Source of the DNA: Alphaproteobacteria bacterium
GTDB taxonomy: Bacteria > Pseudomonadota > Alphaproteobacteria > Bin95
DNA length: 64,000 nucleotides
Direction of reading: 5' to 3'
Assembly: GCA_963665325.3 (NCBI GenBank)
Contig: OZ224045.1
Span: 1,376,001 to 1,440,000, forward strand
Position 1 is the stretch's first letter. Every line of letters begins with the position of its first letter. Positions 19,074-29,348 of the stretch are shown here, one piece after another. The position numbers and the translations under genes are program-made. A model generated the notes under the pieces. It searched no databases and had not been told where the DNA came from. It was given only the letters and a program-made list of their open reading frames with translations.

Positions 19074-20039
19074 GTGAGACCCTATTCTGCCGCTGCCGGA
19101 TGGCGCGAGGAACCGCGCTATCCGGATCCTCTGATCGAGATTCTGGATCCGCGCTTCGAGCGCTACCGTATCTTCAGCGCCGCTGTCGAACGGCTCTGGA
19201 CGGGATGCCGCTGGGCCGAGGGGCCGGTCTGGTTCGGGGACGGGCGCTACCTGCTCTGGTCCGACATCCCGAACAACCGCATCCTTAAGTGGGAGGAAGA
19301 GACCGGACGGGTCTCCCTCTGGCGCCGGCCCACCGACTTCGCCAACGGCCACACGCGCGACCTGCAGGGCCGGCTGGTGACCTGCGAACATGGCGGGCGG
19401 CGTGTCACTCGGACCGAATACGATGGCAGTGTCACCGTGCTGGCCGACAGCTGGCAGGGAAAGCCGCTGAACTCGCCGAACGATGTTGTGGTCAAGTCTG
19501 ACGGCTCGATCTGGTTCACCGACCCGCTGTTCGGCATCCTCGGCGACTACGAGGGCCACAAGGCCGAGAGCGAGACGCCGATGGCCGTCTATCGTCTGGA
19601 CGGCGAAACCGGGGACATGCGCATCGTCGCCGACGATATCGCCGGACCGAACGGGCTCTGCTTCTCCCCGGACGAGCGTATCCTCTACATCGTTGAGTCG
19701 CGCGGAGAACCGACCCGCAAGATCCTCGCCTACGACGTAGGTGAGGACGGCGCATTGTCCGGAAGGCGAGTGGCGATCGACGCCGGCCCCGGCGGCACGC
19801 CGGACGGGATGCGCGTCGATATCGACGGCAATCTCTGGTGCGGCTGGGGCATGGGTTCGGCCGAGCTCGACGGCGTGATGGTGTTCGCCCCGGACGGCGC
19901 GCCTATCGGGCGCATCGCCCTGCCGGAGCGCTGCGCCAATGTCTGTTTCGGCGGTCACAAGCGCAACCGGCTGTTCATGGCGGCCAGCCGGTCGCTCTAC
20001 GCCCTCTATGTCAACACACAGGGTGCGCACCACGTGTAG
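19074..20039 (+). CDS. SMP-30/gluconolactonase family protein
   Basis: WAEGPVW, NSPNDVVV, GPNGLCFSPDE, PDGMRVD. Confidence 0.9.
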   Translation: MRPYSAAAGWREEPRYPDPLIEILDPRFERYRIFSAAVERLWTGCRWAEGPVWFGDGRYLLWSDIPNNRILKWEEETGRVSLWRRPTDFANGHTRDLQGRLVTCEHGGRRVTRTEYDGSVTVLADSWQGKPLNSPNDVVVKSDGSIWFTDPLFGILGDYEGHKAESETPMAVYRLDGETGDMRIVADDIAGPNGLCFSPDERILYIVESRGEPTRKILAYDVGEDGALSGRRVAIDAGPGGTPDGMRVDIDGNLWCGWGMGSAELDGVMVFAPDGAPIGRIALPERCANVCFGGHKRNRLFMAASRSLYALYVNTQGAHHV

Positions 20040-20078
20040 GGCGGGCGATCCCGGCAGGCGCGGACAGCCGGCCCGGCG

Positions 20079-20852
20079 ATGATCGAAGCGCTGGACGGCG
20101 TCTCGGCGGCTGGGCTGGCGGTGGCCGGGGCGGCGGCGGTCGCTGGCGGGCTCGTCAGGGGCTTCACCGGCTTCGGCGGGGCGCTGGTGATGGTGCCCGT
20201 GCTGAGCCTGGTGCTGGGGCCGGGCGCGGCGCTGGCCGCGGTCTGCGCTTCGGGCGTTCCGGTCATCCTGCAATTGCTCCCGGCGGCGTTGCGCCATGCC
20301 GAGCGTGCCTTCGTGCTGCCCTTCGTCGCCGCGGCGTTCGCCGCCGCGCCGGCAGGGACCTGGGTGCTGGTTGCGGTTCCGCCCGCCGCGATGAAGGTCG
20401 CCATATCGCTCGCCGTTCTCGCCATGACCGCCCTGATGGCGTGGGGCTGGCGCTTCCCTCCCCGCGCCGGCGCCGGCGTCATGGCCGCGCTCGGCGCCGG
20501 GTCCGGCCTCATCCAGGGCGCGACGGGCGTCGGCGGGCCGCCGGCGGTCGCCGCCGCGCTCGCCCGGCACGGCTCCCCCGAAACCCAGCGCGGCAATGTC
20601 ATCGGCGCGGTCTCCGCACTCGGCCTCTGCGCGGCGATCCCCTACTGGTTCCACGGCCTGTTCACGCTCGAGGCGCTGGCCGTGGCTGCTGTGATCCTGC
20701 CGGCCTATATCGGCTCCACCTGGATCGGCATCCGGCTCTTCGCGGGCCGGGGCAAGGCATGGTACCGCCGTGCGGCGCTCACCGTGCTGGCCGCCGTCGG
20801 CCTTGCCACGCTTGCCTTTGCGTTGCATGACTACGGCTCGGCAGCAGGGTAG
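20079..20852 (+). CDS. TauE/SafE family membrane protein
   Basis: GLVRGFTGFGGAL, GATGVGGPP. Confidence 0.82.
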   Translation: MIEALDGVSAAGLAVAGAAAVAGGLVRGFTGFGGALVMVPVLSLVLGPGAALAAVCASGVPVILQLLPAALRHAERAFVLPFVAAAFAAAPAGTWVLVAVPPAAMKVAISLAVLAMTALMAWGWRFPPRAGAGVMAALGAGSGLIQGATGVGGPPAVAAALARHGSPETQRGNVIGAVSALGLCAAIPYWFHGLFTLEALAVAAVILPAYIGSTWIGIRLFAGRGKAWYRRAALTVLAAVGLATLAFALHDYGSAAG

Positions 20853-20866
20853 GGAGGGCGTATCCC

Positions 20867-21214
20867 GTGACCGTCACCATCTGGCACAATCCGCGTTGCA
20901 GCAAATCGCGGCAGACGCTGGCGCTTCTGCGTGAGCGGGGTATCGAGCCCGGGATCGTCGAATATCTGAAGACGCCGCCGCCGGCCGACGACATCGAGGC
21001 GGTGCTGGACATGCTCGGTATGGAGCCGCGCGACCTCATGCGCCGCAAGGAGGCGGCTTACCGCGAGGCCGGCCTCGACGATCCGGGGCTCGGGCGCCGG
21101 GAACTCGTGGAGGCGATGACGGCACATCCGGTGCTCATCGAACGGCCGGTCGTCCTCGCGAAAGGCAAGGCAGCGCTCGGCCGTCCGCCGGAAAGCGTGC
21201 TGGAAATCCTGTAA
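20867..21214 (+). CDS. arsC: ArsC (glutaredoxin-type arsenate reductase) family protein
   Basis: HNPRCSKSR, LIERPVV, LGRPPE. Confidence 0.88.
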   Translation: MTVTIWHNPRCSKSRQTLALLRERGIEPGIVEYLKTPPPADDIEAVLDMLGMEPRDLMRRKEAAYREAGLDDPGLGRRELVEAMTAHPVLIERPVVLAKGKAALGRPPESVLEIL

Positions 21215-21217
21215 CGC

Positions 21218-23026
21218 TCAGGTCTCGTTCATCCGGAGCGCGGCGATGAAGGCGCTCTGGGGGATGTCCACCTTGCCGAAGGTGCGCATCCGCTTCTTGC
21301 CTTCCTTCTGGCGGTCCAGCAATTTTCGTTTACGACTCACGTCGCCGCCGTAGCATTTTGCGGTCACGTCCTTGCGCATGGCCGAGATGGTCTCGCGGGC
21401 GACGATGCGGCCGCCGACCGCGGCCTGTATCGGAATCTTGAAGAGCTGGCGCGGGATCAGCTCCTTCAGCCGTTCGCAGAGCTGGCGGCCCCGGCCTTCC
21501 GCGCGCACCCGGTGGGTGATGCAGGCGAGCGCATCGACCGGTTCGTGGTTCACCAGCAGCGAGAGCTTCACCAGGTCGCCCTCGCGGTAGTCCTCGATCC
21601 GGTAGTCGAAGCTGGCATAGCCCCGGCTGAGCGATTTCAACCTGTCGTAGAAGTCGAACACCACCTCGTTGAGCGGCAGCTCGTAAACCACCATGGCGCG
21701 GTTGCCGACATAGGTGAGCTCGCGCTGGATGCCGCGCCGTTCCTCGCAGAGCTTGAGGATGCCGCCCAGATATTCGTCAGGCGTGAAGATCGTGGCGCCG
21801 ATCCACGGCTCCTCGATATGCGTGATCTGGACGGGGTCCGGCATGTCGGCCGGGTTGTGCAGCAGGTCCATGCCGCCGTCCTCGCGGTGGACCCGATAGA
21901 CGACGCTCGGCGCAGTCGCGATCAGGTCGAGGCCGAATTCGCGGTCGAGCCGTTCCTGCACGATCTCCAGATGCAGCAGACCGAGGAACCCGCAGCGGAA
22001 CCCGAACCCGAGTGCGGGCGAATTCTCAGGCTCATATTCGAATCCGGCATCGTTCAGGCGCAGCTTGGCGAGGCTTTCCCGCAAATATTCGAAATCCGCC
22101 GTGTCGGTCGGAAACAGCCCGCAAAACACGACCGGCAGGTTGGGCTGGAAGCCGGGCAGCGGCTCGGGAGCCGGCCGGCGGTCGTCCGTGATCGTGTCGC
22201 CGACCTTGCAGTCCGCCACCGTCTTGATCGCCGCGCTGACATAGCCGATCTCGCCGGGGCCGAGCCTGTCCGTCTTTTGCCGTTTCGGCGTGAAGACGCC
22301 CACCTCGTCGATGTCGTAGGCCGCGTCGGTCGCCATCAGGCGCATTTTCAGGCCCCGGCGCAGTTCGCCTTCGCGGACGCGCACGAGCGCGATCACGCCC
22401 AGATAGCGGTCGTACCAGCTGTCCACGACCATCGCGCGCAGATGCCCGTCGCCGGCGACCTCCGCGGCCGGCGGCGGCAGGCGCGCGGCCAGCGCCTCCA
22501 GCAGTTCGGGGATACCGTGGCCGGTCTTGGCTGAGCACAGCACGGCGTCGCCCGCGTCGATGCCGACCACTTCCTCGATCTGGGCCCTGATGCGTTCCGG
22601 CTCGGCGGCGGGCAGATCGACCTTGTTGAGCGCGACGACGATCTCGTGGTCGTTTTCCACGGCCTGATAGACATTTGCGAGCGTCTGCGCCTCGACGCCC
22701 TGGGTTGCATCGACCACCAGCAGCGAGCCTTCGCAGGCGGCGAGCGAGCGGTTCACTTCATAGGCGAAATCGACATGGCCGGGCGTGTCGATGATGTTCA
22801 GCGCAAAGGCTTGGCCGTCGGCGCCCTCATAGTCGAGGCGCACCGTCTGCGCCTTGATGGTGATCCCGCGCTCGCGCTCCAGGTCCATATTGTCGAGCAC
22901 CTGCTCGCGCATCTCGCGCTCGGTCAGGCCGCCGCAGGTCTGGATCAGCCGGTCCGCCAGGGTCGACTTGCCGTGGTCGATATGGGCGATGATGGCGAAA
23001 TTTCGGATTTGCGCAGGGTCGGTCAT
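21218..23026 (-). CDS. lepA: Elongation factor 4
   Basis: [40 protein letters not shown]. Confidence 0.97.
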   Translation of the reverse strand: MTDPAQIRNFAIIAHIDHGKSTLADRLIQTCGGLTEREMREQVLDNMDLERERGITIKAQTVRLDYEGADGQAFALNIIDTPGHVDFAYEVNRSLAACEGSLLVVDATQGVEAQTLANVYQAVENDHEIVVALNKVDLPAAEPERIRAQIEEVVGIDAGDAVLCSAKTGHGIPELLEALAARLPPPAAEVAGDGHLRAMVVDSWYDRYLGVIALVRVREGELRRGLKMRLMATDAAYDIDEVGVFTPKRQKTDRLGPGEIGYVSAAIKTVADCKVGDTITDDRRPAPEPLPGFQPNLPVVFCGLFPTDTADFEYLRESLAKLRLNDAGFEYEPENSPALGFGFRCGFLGLLHLEIVQERLDREFGLDLIATAPSVVYRVHREDGGMDLLHNPADMPDPVQITHIEEPWIGATIFTPDEYLGGILKLCEERRGIQRELTYVGNRAMVVYELPLNEVVFDFYDRLKSLSRGYASFDYRIEDYREGDLVKLSLLVNHEPVDALACITHRVRAEGRGRQLCERLKELIPRQLFKIPIQAAVGGRIVARETISAMRKDVTAKCYGGDVSRKRKLLDRQKEGKKRMRTFGKVDIPQSAFIAALRMNET

Positions 23027-23094
23027 TGCCGCGCGGTATAGCAACCGCCCCGGCCCGCAACAAGCCGCCGGCGCCCGGGGCAGGGGAGAGCGCC

Positions 23095-23560
23095 CGGAAT
23101 GTCATGAAGTGTCATGTTTTGTCATGATCCCCATGCGCGGGGCTCATGTTCGGTGGTCCAACCAGGCATAAGGGTCTCCCTTCCGGCCGGGGTTCACGGC
23201 ATTCCGCCAGCGTCTTCCGTGTCCGTGTTTTCGGCATAGGCCGTTCCTTCATGCTCCTGTTCCGTTCCAGCGACGCTGCCGCGGGTTGCTGCGGCGGGAC
23301 CCTGTTTCGCGCGTATCGCGGGCGGGTGGGCGGGCATCGCGGCGCCGGCGCGGTTCGCGCACCTGATTGCGCCCGCACGCGAGGCAAACGCCAGACGCAC
23401 CTGTCCTGCCCGCTCCCGCCGGGGCTATTTTAAGGCCCCAGATGCTCTCCTGCGCAGAAAAGCGAAAGGCGGCCCCGGGAGCCGCCTCTCTGTTCTCATA
23501 CTACCACATTTTTTCTCAGGTCAAGCCTCCCAATGGACGAAATATGAAAATGTTCCAACA
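23095..23560 (-). repeat. Dispersed structured non-coding element, copy B, upstream of lepA
   Basis: Reverse-complement similarity to 3125-3547 plus 6870-6880; outer boundaries approximate. Confidence 0.8.
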
Positions 23561-23584
23561 TTTCTTTGAGGGACGCGAGTTCCG

Positions 23585-24081
23585 CAGGCGTCAGCGTCGT
23601 TGTCCCGCAACGCCACGAAAACAAGCGCCAGGAAGGTCAGCAGGGCGAGGTTGAAGGCGGTGTGCCTGGCGTTTCATTCCGAGGGCTGCCACATCAAGAA
23701 CCAATCGCTCGCAACGGCGAGGAAGAGGCCGAACCAGTTGAAGGCCCCGAGGCCGAGGTCAACCAGCGCCGGTGCCCTGGCGGCGTGGAACAGGTGCGGC
23801 TCCCGGAGACGGGACAGCAGGCAGACGCCGCCGATCCAGCAGAGCAGCGCAGCCACCACCTGCAACGCGATGATCGCGACATAGGCAGCGTGATGGAGCG
23901 CGGGCGAGTGGACCGCCCGTCACATGGTCGCCTCGCTCCGGAAGGGGGGGGGCGCCATGGTCATCACATGGGCGACGAAACCGAGATTGGCGCCGTAGTC
24001 TGTCGCGTTGCCGAACGCCCCCAGCGAGAGATAGGCGGCCATGAGCAGCACCGCCCCGGCCTTGGCGGTTCTGGTGAACAT
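23585..24081 (-). pseudogene. DUF2165-family membrane protein pseudogene
   Basis: MFTRTAKAGAVLLMAAYLSLGAFGNATDYGANLGFVAHVMTM, frameshift at the G9 tract (~23944-23952), TGA stops at probable Trp positions, AVASDWFLMWQ motif; 3' end approximate. Confidence 0.72.
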
Positions 24082-24507
24082 TATTAAGGATTACAAAGAT
24101 GGGTTGACGCCTCCGGGAATCGCCTCATGATGGGTGGATGCGACCGTCTCTTTTGTTCTTTCGAGCCATCAGCCTTGGGTGCAAGATTGTTGGCGTGTTC
24201 GGACTTGTTGAAGTTCGATGGAACGAAACTAAAGTGATGTTCGATGGGCACCCTATAGACCCATTTTTCATAGAAGCGGTCTGCATTTTCATGATCGTTT
24301 CTGGAGGCGCGTCTCTTTTCGGCCTTTGCTGGCAACGGGTCTCAAGATATTTTCTTACGGACAGGCAGGTGTTTGGAGGATTATACAAAGAAATAGTTGA
24401 TCGGCGTAATGAATTAGCCTTGCTTCTTGATGATGGTCCCAAGATAGGAGTTTCGTTTCTTTATATGTCGAAACTCATCGAACTCGAAGATTGTCTTGAC
24501 AGGTTAG

Positions 24508-26577
24508 CCCAAGTTTAACAGAGCATTTTGAAGATCATTGATTATCAATGCCTTACGGAGCAATAATTTCGCGTCTGGCACTACATTTCGGTTATTTCGC
24601 CCGGTTCGGGATCAGACGATCATTTTCCTGATGCCTCCAGGGGCGGGGTCGATGCCGAGCGCGCGATAGATTTCTTGCTGTTCGGGCTCGGCCCGTGTGG
24701 CCTTGCGGACATGCAAGGTGCGTCCGTCCTTGCGCCTGAAGGTCGCGGTGACCCGCTGCTGGCCTTCGAGGATGGCTCGCAGGCTGGCCCAGCTGGCGTG
24801 TTCGCCGTGCTCGGCGAGGCGCCGGCGGATGGTCTGCACCATCTGGTAGGCGATCACGGTGATGAACAGGTGGCCGTCGGAGCGCCTCTGGGTCTGGTGG
24901 AAGATGGGGCGCAGGCCGAGTTCCGACTTGAGCGATCGGAACACCGCCTCCACATCGGTGAGCGAGGTATAGGTCCGCCACAGCGCCTCCTCGTCCCAGT
25001 CCTCGACGTTGGTGCGCAGGCAGTAAACGCCGGGATGGGTGGCCATGGTGCCGGCGAGCGGGCGGCGCTCCCATGTGACGGCCCGGGCCTTCTCGCCGCT
25101 TTCGTCGGCGATGACGTCGATGTCGTAGTGGGCCGCGGCGCCGCGGCTCTTCTCCCTGATCCGGCCGATCCGCTGCCAGACATGGTCGAGCCGCTTGCGG
25201 GTGCGCGGCCGCTTGAGGCCGTCGTGGAGCTTCTGCATCTCGCCCTCGAAGCGCGCGGCGAAGCGGTTTGCGATGCCCTGTTCCTTCTTCGCCCGCGCCT
25301 CGGAGTAGCAGTAGAGCCGCGCCTCTCCAGCTTCGGCGTCGACCGCCTTGTGGACATGGACCGTCTGGCGCGACCGGGTCTCGATGGCCAGCGCCAGCTC
25401 GGGATCGAAGCGGCGGGTGCGTTCCCGGCTGACCGCGAGATAGCGGTAGCCGTTCGCGCGCAGCCAGGCGATGTTGGCCTCGGTGGCGATCCCCGCATCC
25501 ATCACCACCAGCGCGTCCGCCGGCGCGCCCAGGGCGCCGAGCATCGACGCCAGGGTCCTGTCTTCGTTGACCGCGCCCGAGAACACCTCGGAGCGGCGCA
25601 CGAAGCCCGAGCCGTCGAGCACCAGCCCCAGGGTCAAGAGCGGGCAATCCGAGCGCTTCTCCTTGGAATGGCCGCGTTCGGCCTTGGCCTGGGCCGCCGC
25701 CGCGCCCTCGAAGAAGGTGTTGGTCAGGTCGTACAGCGTCACCGTGTGGCGCAGGCCGAACAGATCCGTCGCCCGATCGAACAGATGCGCCTCGATCGCC
25801 GCGCGCTGCGCCATCAGGGCGTCGGAGGCGCGGTACAGGCGCATCATGCTCATGCGCTCGAAGTCCACCCCCAGCAACTCGCCGAGCGCCGAACGCTCGC
25901 ACAGCCAGCGCCAGGAGGCGCGCTCCGAGCCCGGCGCCGCCATGCGCGCGATCACGGTGGCCATGGCGAGCGCGCGCTGCGTGCCGTTGAAGCCCAGGCG
26001 CTCCAGCAAAGCCTCCAGGCCGAGCCGCTCCATGGCCCACAGCCCGACATGCTCGACGCCGACCGAACGCGGGCGGATCAGCTCCAGGGAGCCGACATCC
26101 ACCGTCTGCAGGTCAGGGCGCCCGGTCCCGCCGGACGGCGCGCTGTTGAGCAATTGCGCGGCGATGCGCTGGGCGTGCCGCTCGACCTCCTCCGGACAGG
26201 ACAGCGAAACCAGCTCGGCCTGGCGGTCGAGCTGCTGCTGGATCCGGCTGCACAGCACCGCCCAGTGCCGCCGCTCGACAGGGAAGTCGCTCCCCAGGTT
26301 GAGCAGGGTGCGCTGGCGGATCTTCCCGCCGTCGCGCTCCGAGCGAACAAGGCGATGGGAATAATAGACCTCGCCGCGCTCGCCGGTTCCGGTCCTGGTG
26401 CGGCGAATGAACATGGCGCACAGCATAGGAGCGGGCGCAAGGTCTCGAAATCCCCAAGTGAAAATATTATGGCACTACATTGCGCCCCCGGAAACCTCAA
26501 TCCAGCAATATCAATGGCTTGATGACACCGCGCCGGCCAACCTCGACAAAATCGGCCACCAAAACGTTAAACTTGGG
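24508..26577 (-). mobile_element. IS1634-family element, copy 2
   Basis: Same TIRs as copy 1; 4-bp TSD TTAG. Confidence 0.92.
24612..26426 (-). CDS. IS1634-family DDE transposase
   Basis: Protein identical to 4662-6476. Confidence 0.92.
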   Translation of the reverse strand: MLCAMFIRRTRTGTGERGEVYYSHRLVRSERDGGKIRQRTLLNLGSDFPVERRHWAVLCSRIQQQLDRQAELVSLSCPEEVERHAQRIAAQLLNSAPSGGTGRPDLQTVDVGSLELIRPRSVGVEHVGLWAMERLGLEALLERLGFNGTQRALAMATVIARMAAPGSERASWRWLCERSALGELLGVDFERMSMMRLYRASDALMAQRAAIEAHLFDRATDLFGLRHTVTLYDLTNTFFEGAAAAQAKAERGHSKEKRSDCPLLTLGLVLDGSGFVRRSEVFSGAVNEDRTLASMLGALGAPADALVVMDAGIATEANIAWLRANGYRYLAVSRERTRRFDPELALAIETRSRQTVHVHKAVDAEAGEARLYCYSEARAKKEQGIANRFAARFEGEMQKLHDGLKRPRTRKRLDHVWQRIGRIREKSRGAAAHYDIDVIADESGEKARAVTWERRPLAGTMATHPGVYCLRTNVEDWDEEALWRTYTSLTDVEAVFRSLKSELGLRPIFHQTQRRSDGHLFITVIAYQMVQTIRRRLAEHGEHASWASLRAILEGQQRVTATFRRKDGRTLHVRKATRAEPEQQEIYRALGIDPAPGGIRKMIV

Positions 26578-26734
26578 TTAGGCATTGATACGCCGCCTAG
26601 TTTGCCGAATGCTAGTGATATTGAAGGCAATCGCGCCGTCATAACGGATTGGCTATCGTTCCTCTCCCTCTTGGCACGAGACTCCAGATCAAGGAACCTT
26701 GGGAGGGCGCGTTCTATGGATGGGGGAAGTTCGA

Positions 26735-26938
26735 ATGAAGCCGATGCTTGATCCGGCCCGAGATTTGGCAGGTGCAACGCCGGAGGCGCTGGCGAAGGCC
26801 CTGTTCCGCCGCACGGAGCCGTTACGACCGGGCTCCCGGCGAAAGCGAAAGCCCGTTGTCAGCGATGAGGTCGCATTGGAGAAGACGCCTGCCGATGAGC
26901 CCGGCGACGGTATCCCGCATTTGGCCAAAAGTGTTTGA
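26735..26938 (+). CDS. Small hypothetical ORF convergent with and overlapping the IS1595 transposase 3' end
   Basis: MKPMLDPARDLAGATPEALAKALFRR; overlaps the passenger ORF end. Confidence 0.35.
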   Translation: MKPMLDPARDLAGATPEALAKALFRRTEPLRPGSRRKRKPVVSDEVALEKTPADEPGDGIPHLAKSV

Positions 26939-27799
26939 GTCGCGGATGTGGTGCTTGCTCGCAAACTCGTGGACGTACCGCTGCAGGTGCTTCGGGCTGA
27001 TCTTGTGGAAGGTCCCCTAGAGAGCCCGCTTCAACATGCTCCAGAAGCTCTCCATGCCGTTGCTGTGGACCATGCCGTCCACATACTCGCCAACGCGATG
27101 ATTGACCGCGTCATGGTCGAAATCCGCATCCAGTCCGACATAGCTGCGGTGCTCGTCCGTATAAACGGTAGCGCCGGGCTCGACATGCTCGCGCACGAAA
27201 CCCTGCAAGGTCGGCTTGGTCGTATCGGTTATGACTTCCGCCCGGACTTCGTTGCTATCGCGATCCTTCGCGCCGATAACTGCCGTCATATGGGCCGTGC
27301 CACCGCCCGCGAGCGTCTTGCGCTTTGCCTTTGGCATGTTCGCTTGGCGACCGCCGAAATAGGACTCGTCCACTTCGACCGGACCGTCAAACTGGTCGTC
27401 GTCAATCGCCCATGCCTCCCGGATGCGGTGCAGCATGAACCATGCGGTCGGCTGCGAAACTCCGATGTCGCGTTGCAGCTTCATCGAGGAAACTGACTTG
27501 AGCGAAGTCAGGCAAAGGTAGATGGCGATTGCCCACTTGCGGAGCGGGACTTTCGACGCCTGCATGGCGGTCCCGGTCTTCACCGAGAAGTAGGATCGGC
27601 AGTCCGAACACCAGTAGGGCATTCTCTTGTGGCTTGCTTTCCCGGTACGGAGACTCCCGCACTTCGGGCAATGCCGGCCGTCCGGCCAAATCACGCTCTC
27701 GAACCAAGCTGTCGCGGCGGCTTCATCGGGGAACATGTCCATGAGCTGCACCAGCGTCATGCCTTCGCGGTGTGCTTTGCCTGGGTCTTTCTTGGTCAT
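26822..27799 (-). pseudogene. IS1595-family transposase with in-frame TAG at 27017-27019
   Basis: CPKCG...CSDC Zn ribbon, VEVDESYFGG, YTDE, HSNGMESFWSMLKRAL*GTFHKISPKHLQRYVHEF continuing in frame to TAA at 26822. Confidence 0.85.
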
Positions 27800-27875
27800 G
27801 GGCGTAACTCTCTTCAACATATTGGAATATAGAGAGCTTTAGCGAGAATGTCAACCTTTATTCATAATCTTTGCA

Positions 27876-29348
27876 TTATTCTTCTCCACCGCCACCGGGC
27901 GCCACAAGCAGGCGGCGGAGGATCTTGCCTACTGGCGATTTCGGGATTTCGTCCACGAACACATAGCGGCGCGGGCGCTTAAAGTCGGCGAGCGTGCTGG
28001 CGCGACAGTGGGCGTCCAGGGCCTCGGCCGTTGGCGTTCCCTCGGCCGCCACGTAAGCGGCGACGACCTGGCCCCAGCGCTCGTCGGGCAGACCCACCAC
28101 GGCGACCTCGGCCACCGCCGGATGCAGGGAGAGGACGCTCTCGATCTCCACGGGCGAGACGTTCTCGCCGCCGGTGACGATCATGTCGTCCACGCGGCCG
28201 GTGACGAACAGGTCGCCGTCCTCGTCCAGCCAGCCGGTGTCACCCGTGCGGTACCAGCCGTCGCGCAGCGCGCGGGCGTCTGCGTCGGGGCGGCGCCAGT
28301 AGCCCTCGAAGGCTTCGTCACTGGCGAGTGAGGCCGCGATCTCTCCTTCCTCGCCCGGCGCCGCCTCGCGCGCGCCGTCGAGGCTCCGCACCCGGATGCG
28401 CTGGTTCAGGCCTGCCTTGCCGGCGGAGCCGGGCTTGGCCGGTGCGTCCGGGCAGACGGTGAAGGTGTAGATTTCCGAGGAGCCGTAATGGTTGACGAAG
28501 AGTTCGGGTTCGAAGGCCGCGTCCAGCCGTTGCAGCAGGTCGTCCGTCATCGAAGCGCCGGCGAAGCCGAGCTTGCGAACTGTGCGGACCCGTTCGCGCG
28601 AGAACGACGGATGGGCCAGGAGGTCGTGATAGAGCGTCGGTGCCAGATAGAGCGCGGTGACGCCCTCCGCCTCGATCAGGTCGAGAGCCGCGCCCGGATG
28701 GAAGCGCGGCTGGCAGACGAAGACGCCGTCCACCAGCGCGGAGGCCAGCAGCGAGCGCACGCCCATCGTGTGGTAGAGCGGCATGACCCCGAGTGCGACT
28801 GCGCCCGGCGCATAGCGGTTCTGCGCGACATGGGCGATGGCGGCGGCCCGCTCCGCGCGGTGGCGGCGCGGCACACCTTTCGGCCGGCCCGTCGTGCCGG
28901 AGGTATAGAGCATGACCGACCAGTCCTCTGCCGAGGCGGACGGGATGGCGGGCGGGCCCTGCTGCAGGGCATCGAACGCGGGCCCGGCCTCAATGCGGTG
29001 GATGGTCTGCGCCGTGGGAGACGCCCCGACCGCCGGGGCGGCCTCCGGCCCGAAGACCACCGTGTCGGCCCCGGCGTCGGCGAGGCAATAGTCGATCTCC
29101 TCGCCCTTCAGCCGCCAGTTGAGCGGCACGATGAGCTTGCCGGCAAGCTGGCAGGCCCAGTGCAGGGTCGCGGCATCGAGCGTGTTCTGGAGCACGGTCG
29201 CGATCCGCTGCCCTTCGAGGCCGCCTGCAAGACGAAGCGCCCGGTCAAGCCAGTCGCCGTAGGTCAGCCTGTCTGCGCCATCGACGACGGCCAGCCGGTC
29301 CGGCGCCCGCTCGGCCGCCTGGACGAGGGCAGCGCCGACATCAAGCAT
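27876..29348 (-). CDS. hmfD: Acyl-CoA synthetase, 2-furoyl-CoA synthetase-like
   Basis: YTSGTTGRPKG; N-terminus and ATLHWACQ..PLNWR resemble HmfD as I recall it; synteny with the molybdoenzyme genes. Confidence 0.7.
   Translation of the reverse strand: MLDVGAALVQAAERAPDRLAVVDGADRLTYGDWLDRALRLAGGLEGQRIATVLQNTLDAATLHWACQLAGKLIVPLNWRLKGEEIDYCLADAGADTVVFGPEAAPAVGASPTAQTIHRIEAGPAFDALQQGPPAIPSASAEDWSVMLYTSGTTGRPKGVPRRHRAERAAAIAHVAQNRYAPGAVALGVMPLYHTMGVRSLLASALVDGVFVCQPRFHPGAALDLIEAEGVTALYLAPTLYHDLLAHPSFSRERVRTVRKLGFAGASMTDDLLQRLDAAFEPELFVNHYGSSEIYTFTVCPDAPAKPGSAGKAGLNQRIRVRSLDGAREAAPGEEGEIAASLASDEAFEGYWRRPDADARALRDGWYRTGDTGWLDEDGDLFVTGRVDDMIVTGGENVSPVEIESVLSLHPAVAEVAVVGLPDERWGQVVAAYVAAEGTPTAEALDAHCRASTLADFKRPRRYVFVDEIPKSPVGKILRRLLVAPGGGGEE

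Larger units (their letters stand above)
24138..26751 (+). pseudogene. Low-GC passenger membrane protein split by IS1634
   Basis: Removing the IS and one TSD restores a continuous frame ...EDCLDRL|GIDTPPSLP...NEADA*; N-terminal hydrophobic segments. Confidence 0.6.
24086..27872 (-). mobile_element. IS1595-family element with passenger ORF, interrupted by IS1634
   Basis: Imperfect TIRs AAGGATTACAAAGATGGGTTGAC and (rc) AAAGATTATGAATAAAGGTTGAC; 8-bp TSD-like ACATTATT/GCATTATT. Confidence 0.75.

Noticed and set aside
4558-26577. Composite transposon bounded by the IS1634 copies
   Set aside because: Each copy has its own TSD, indicating independent insertions.
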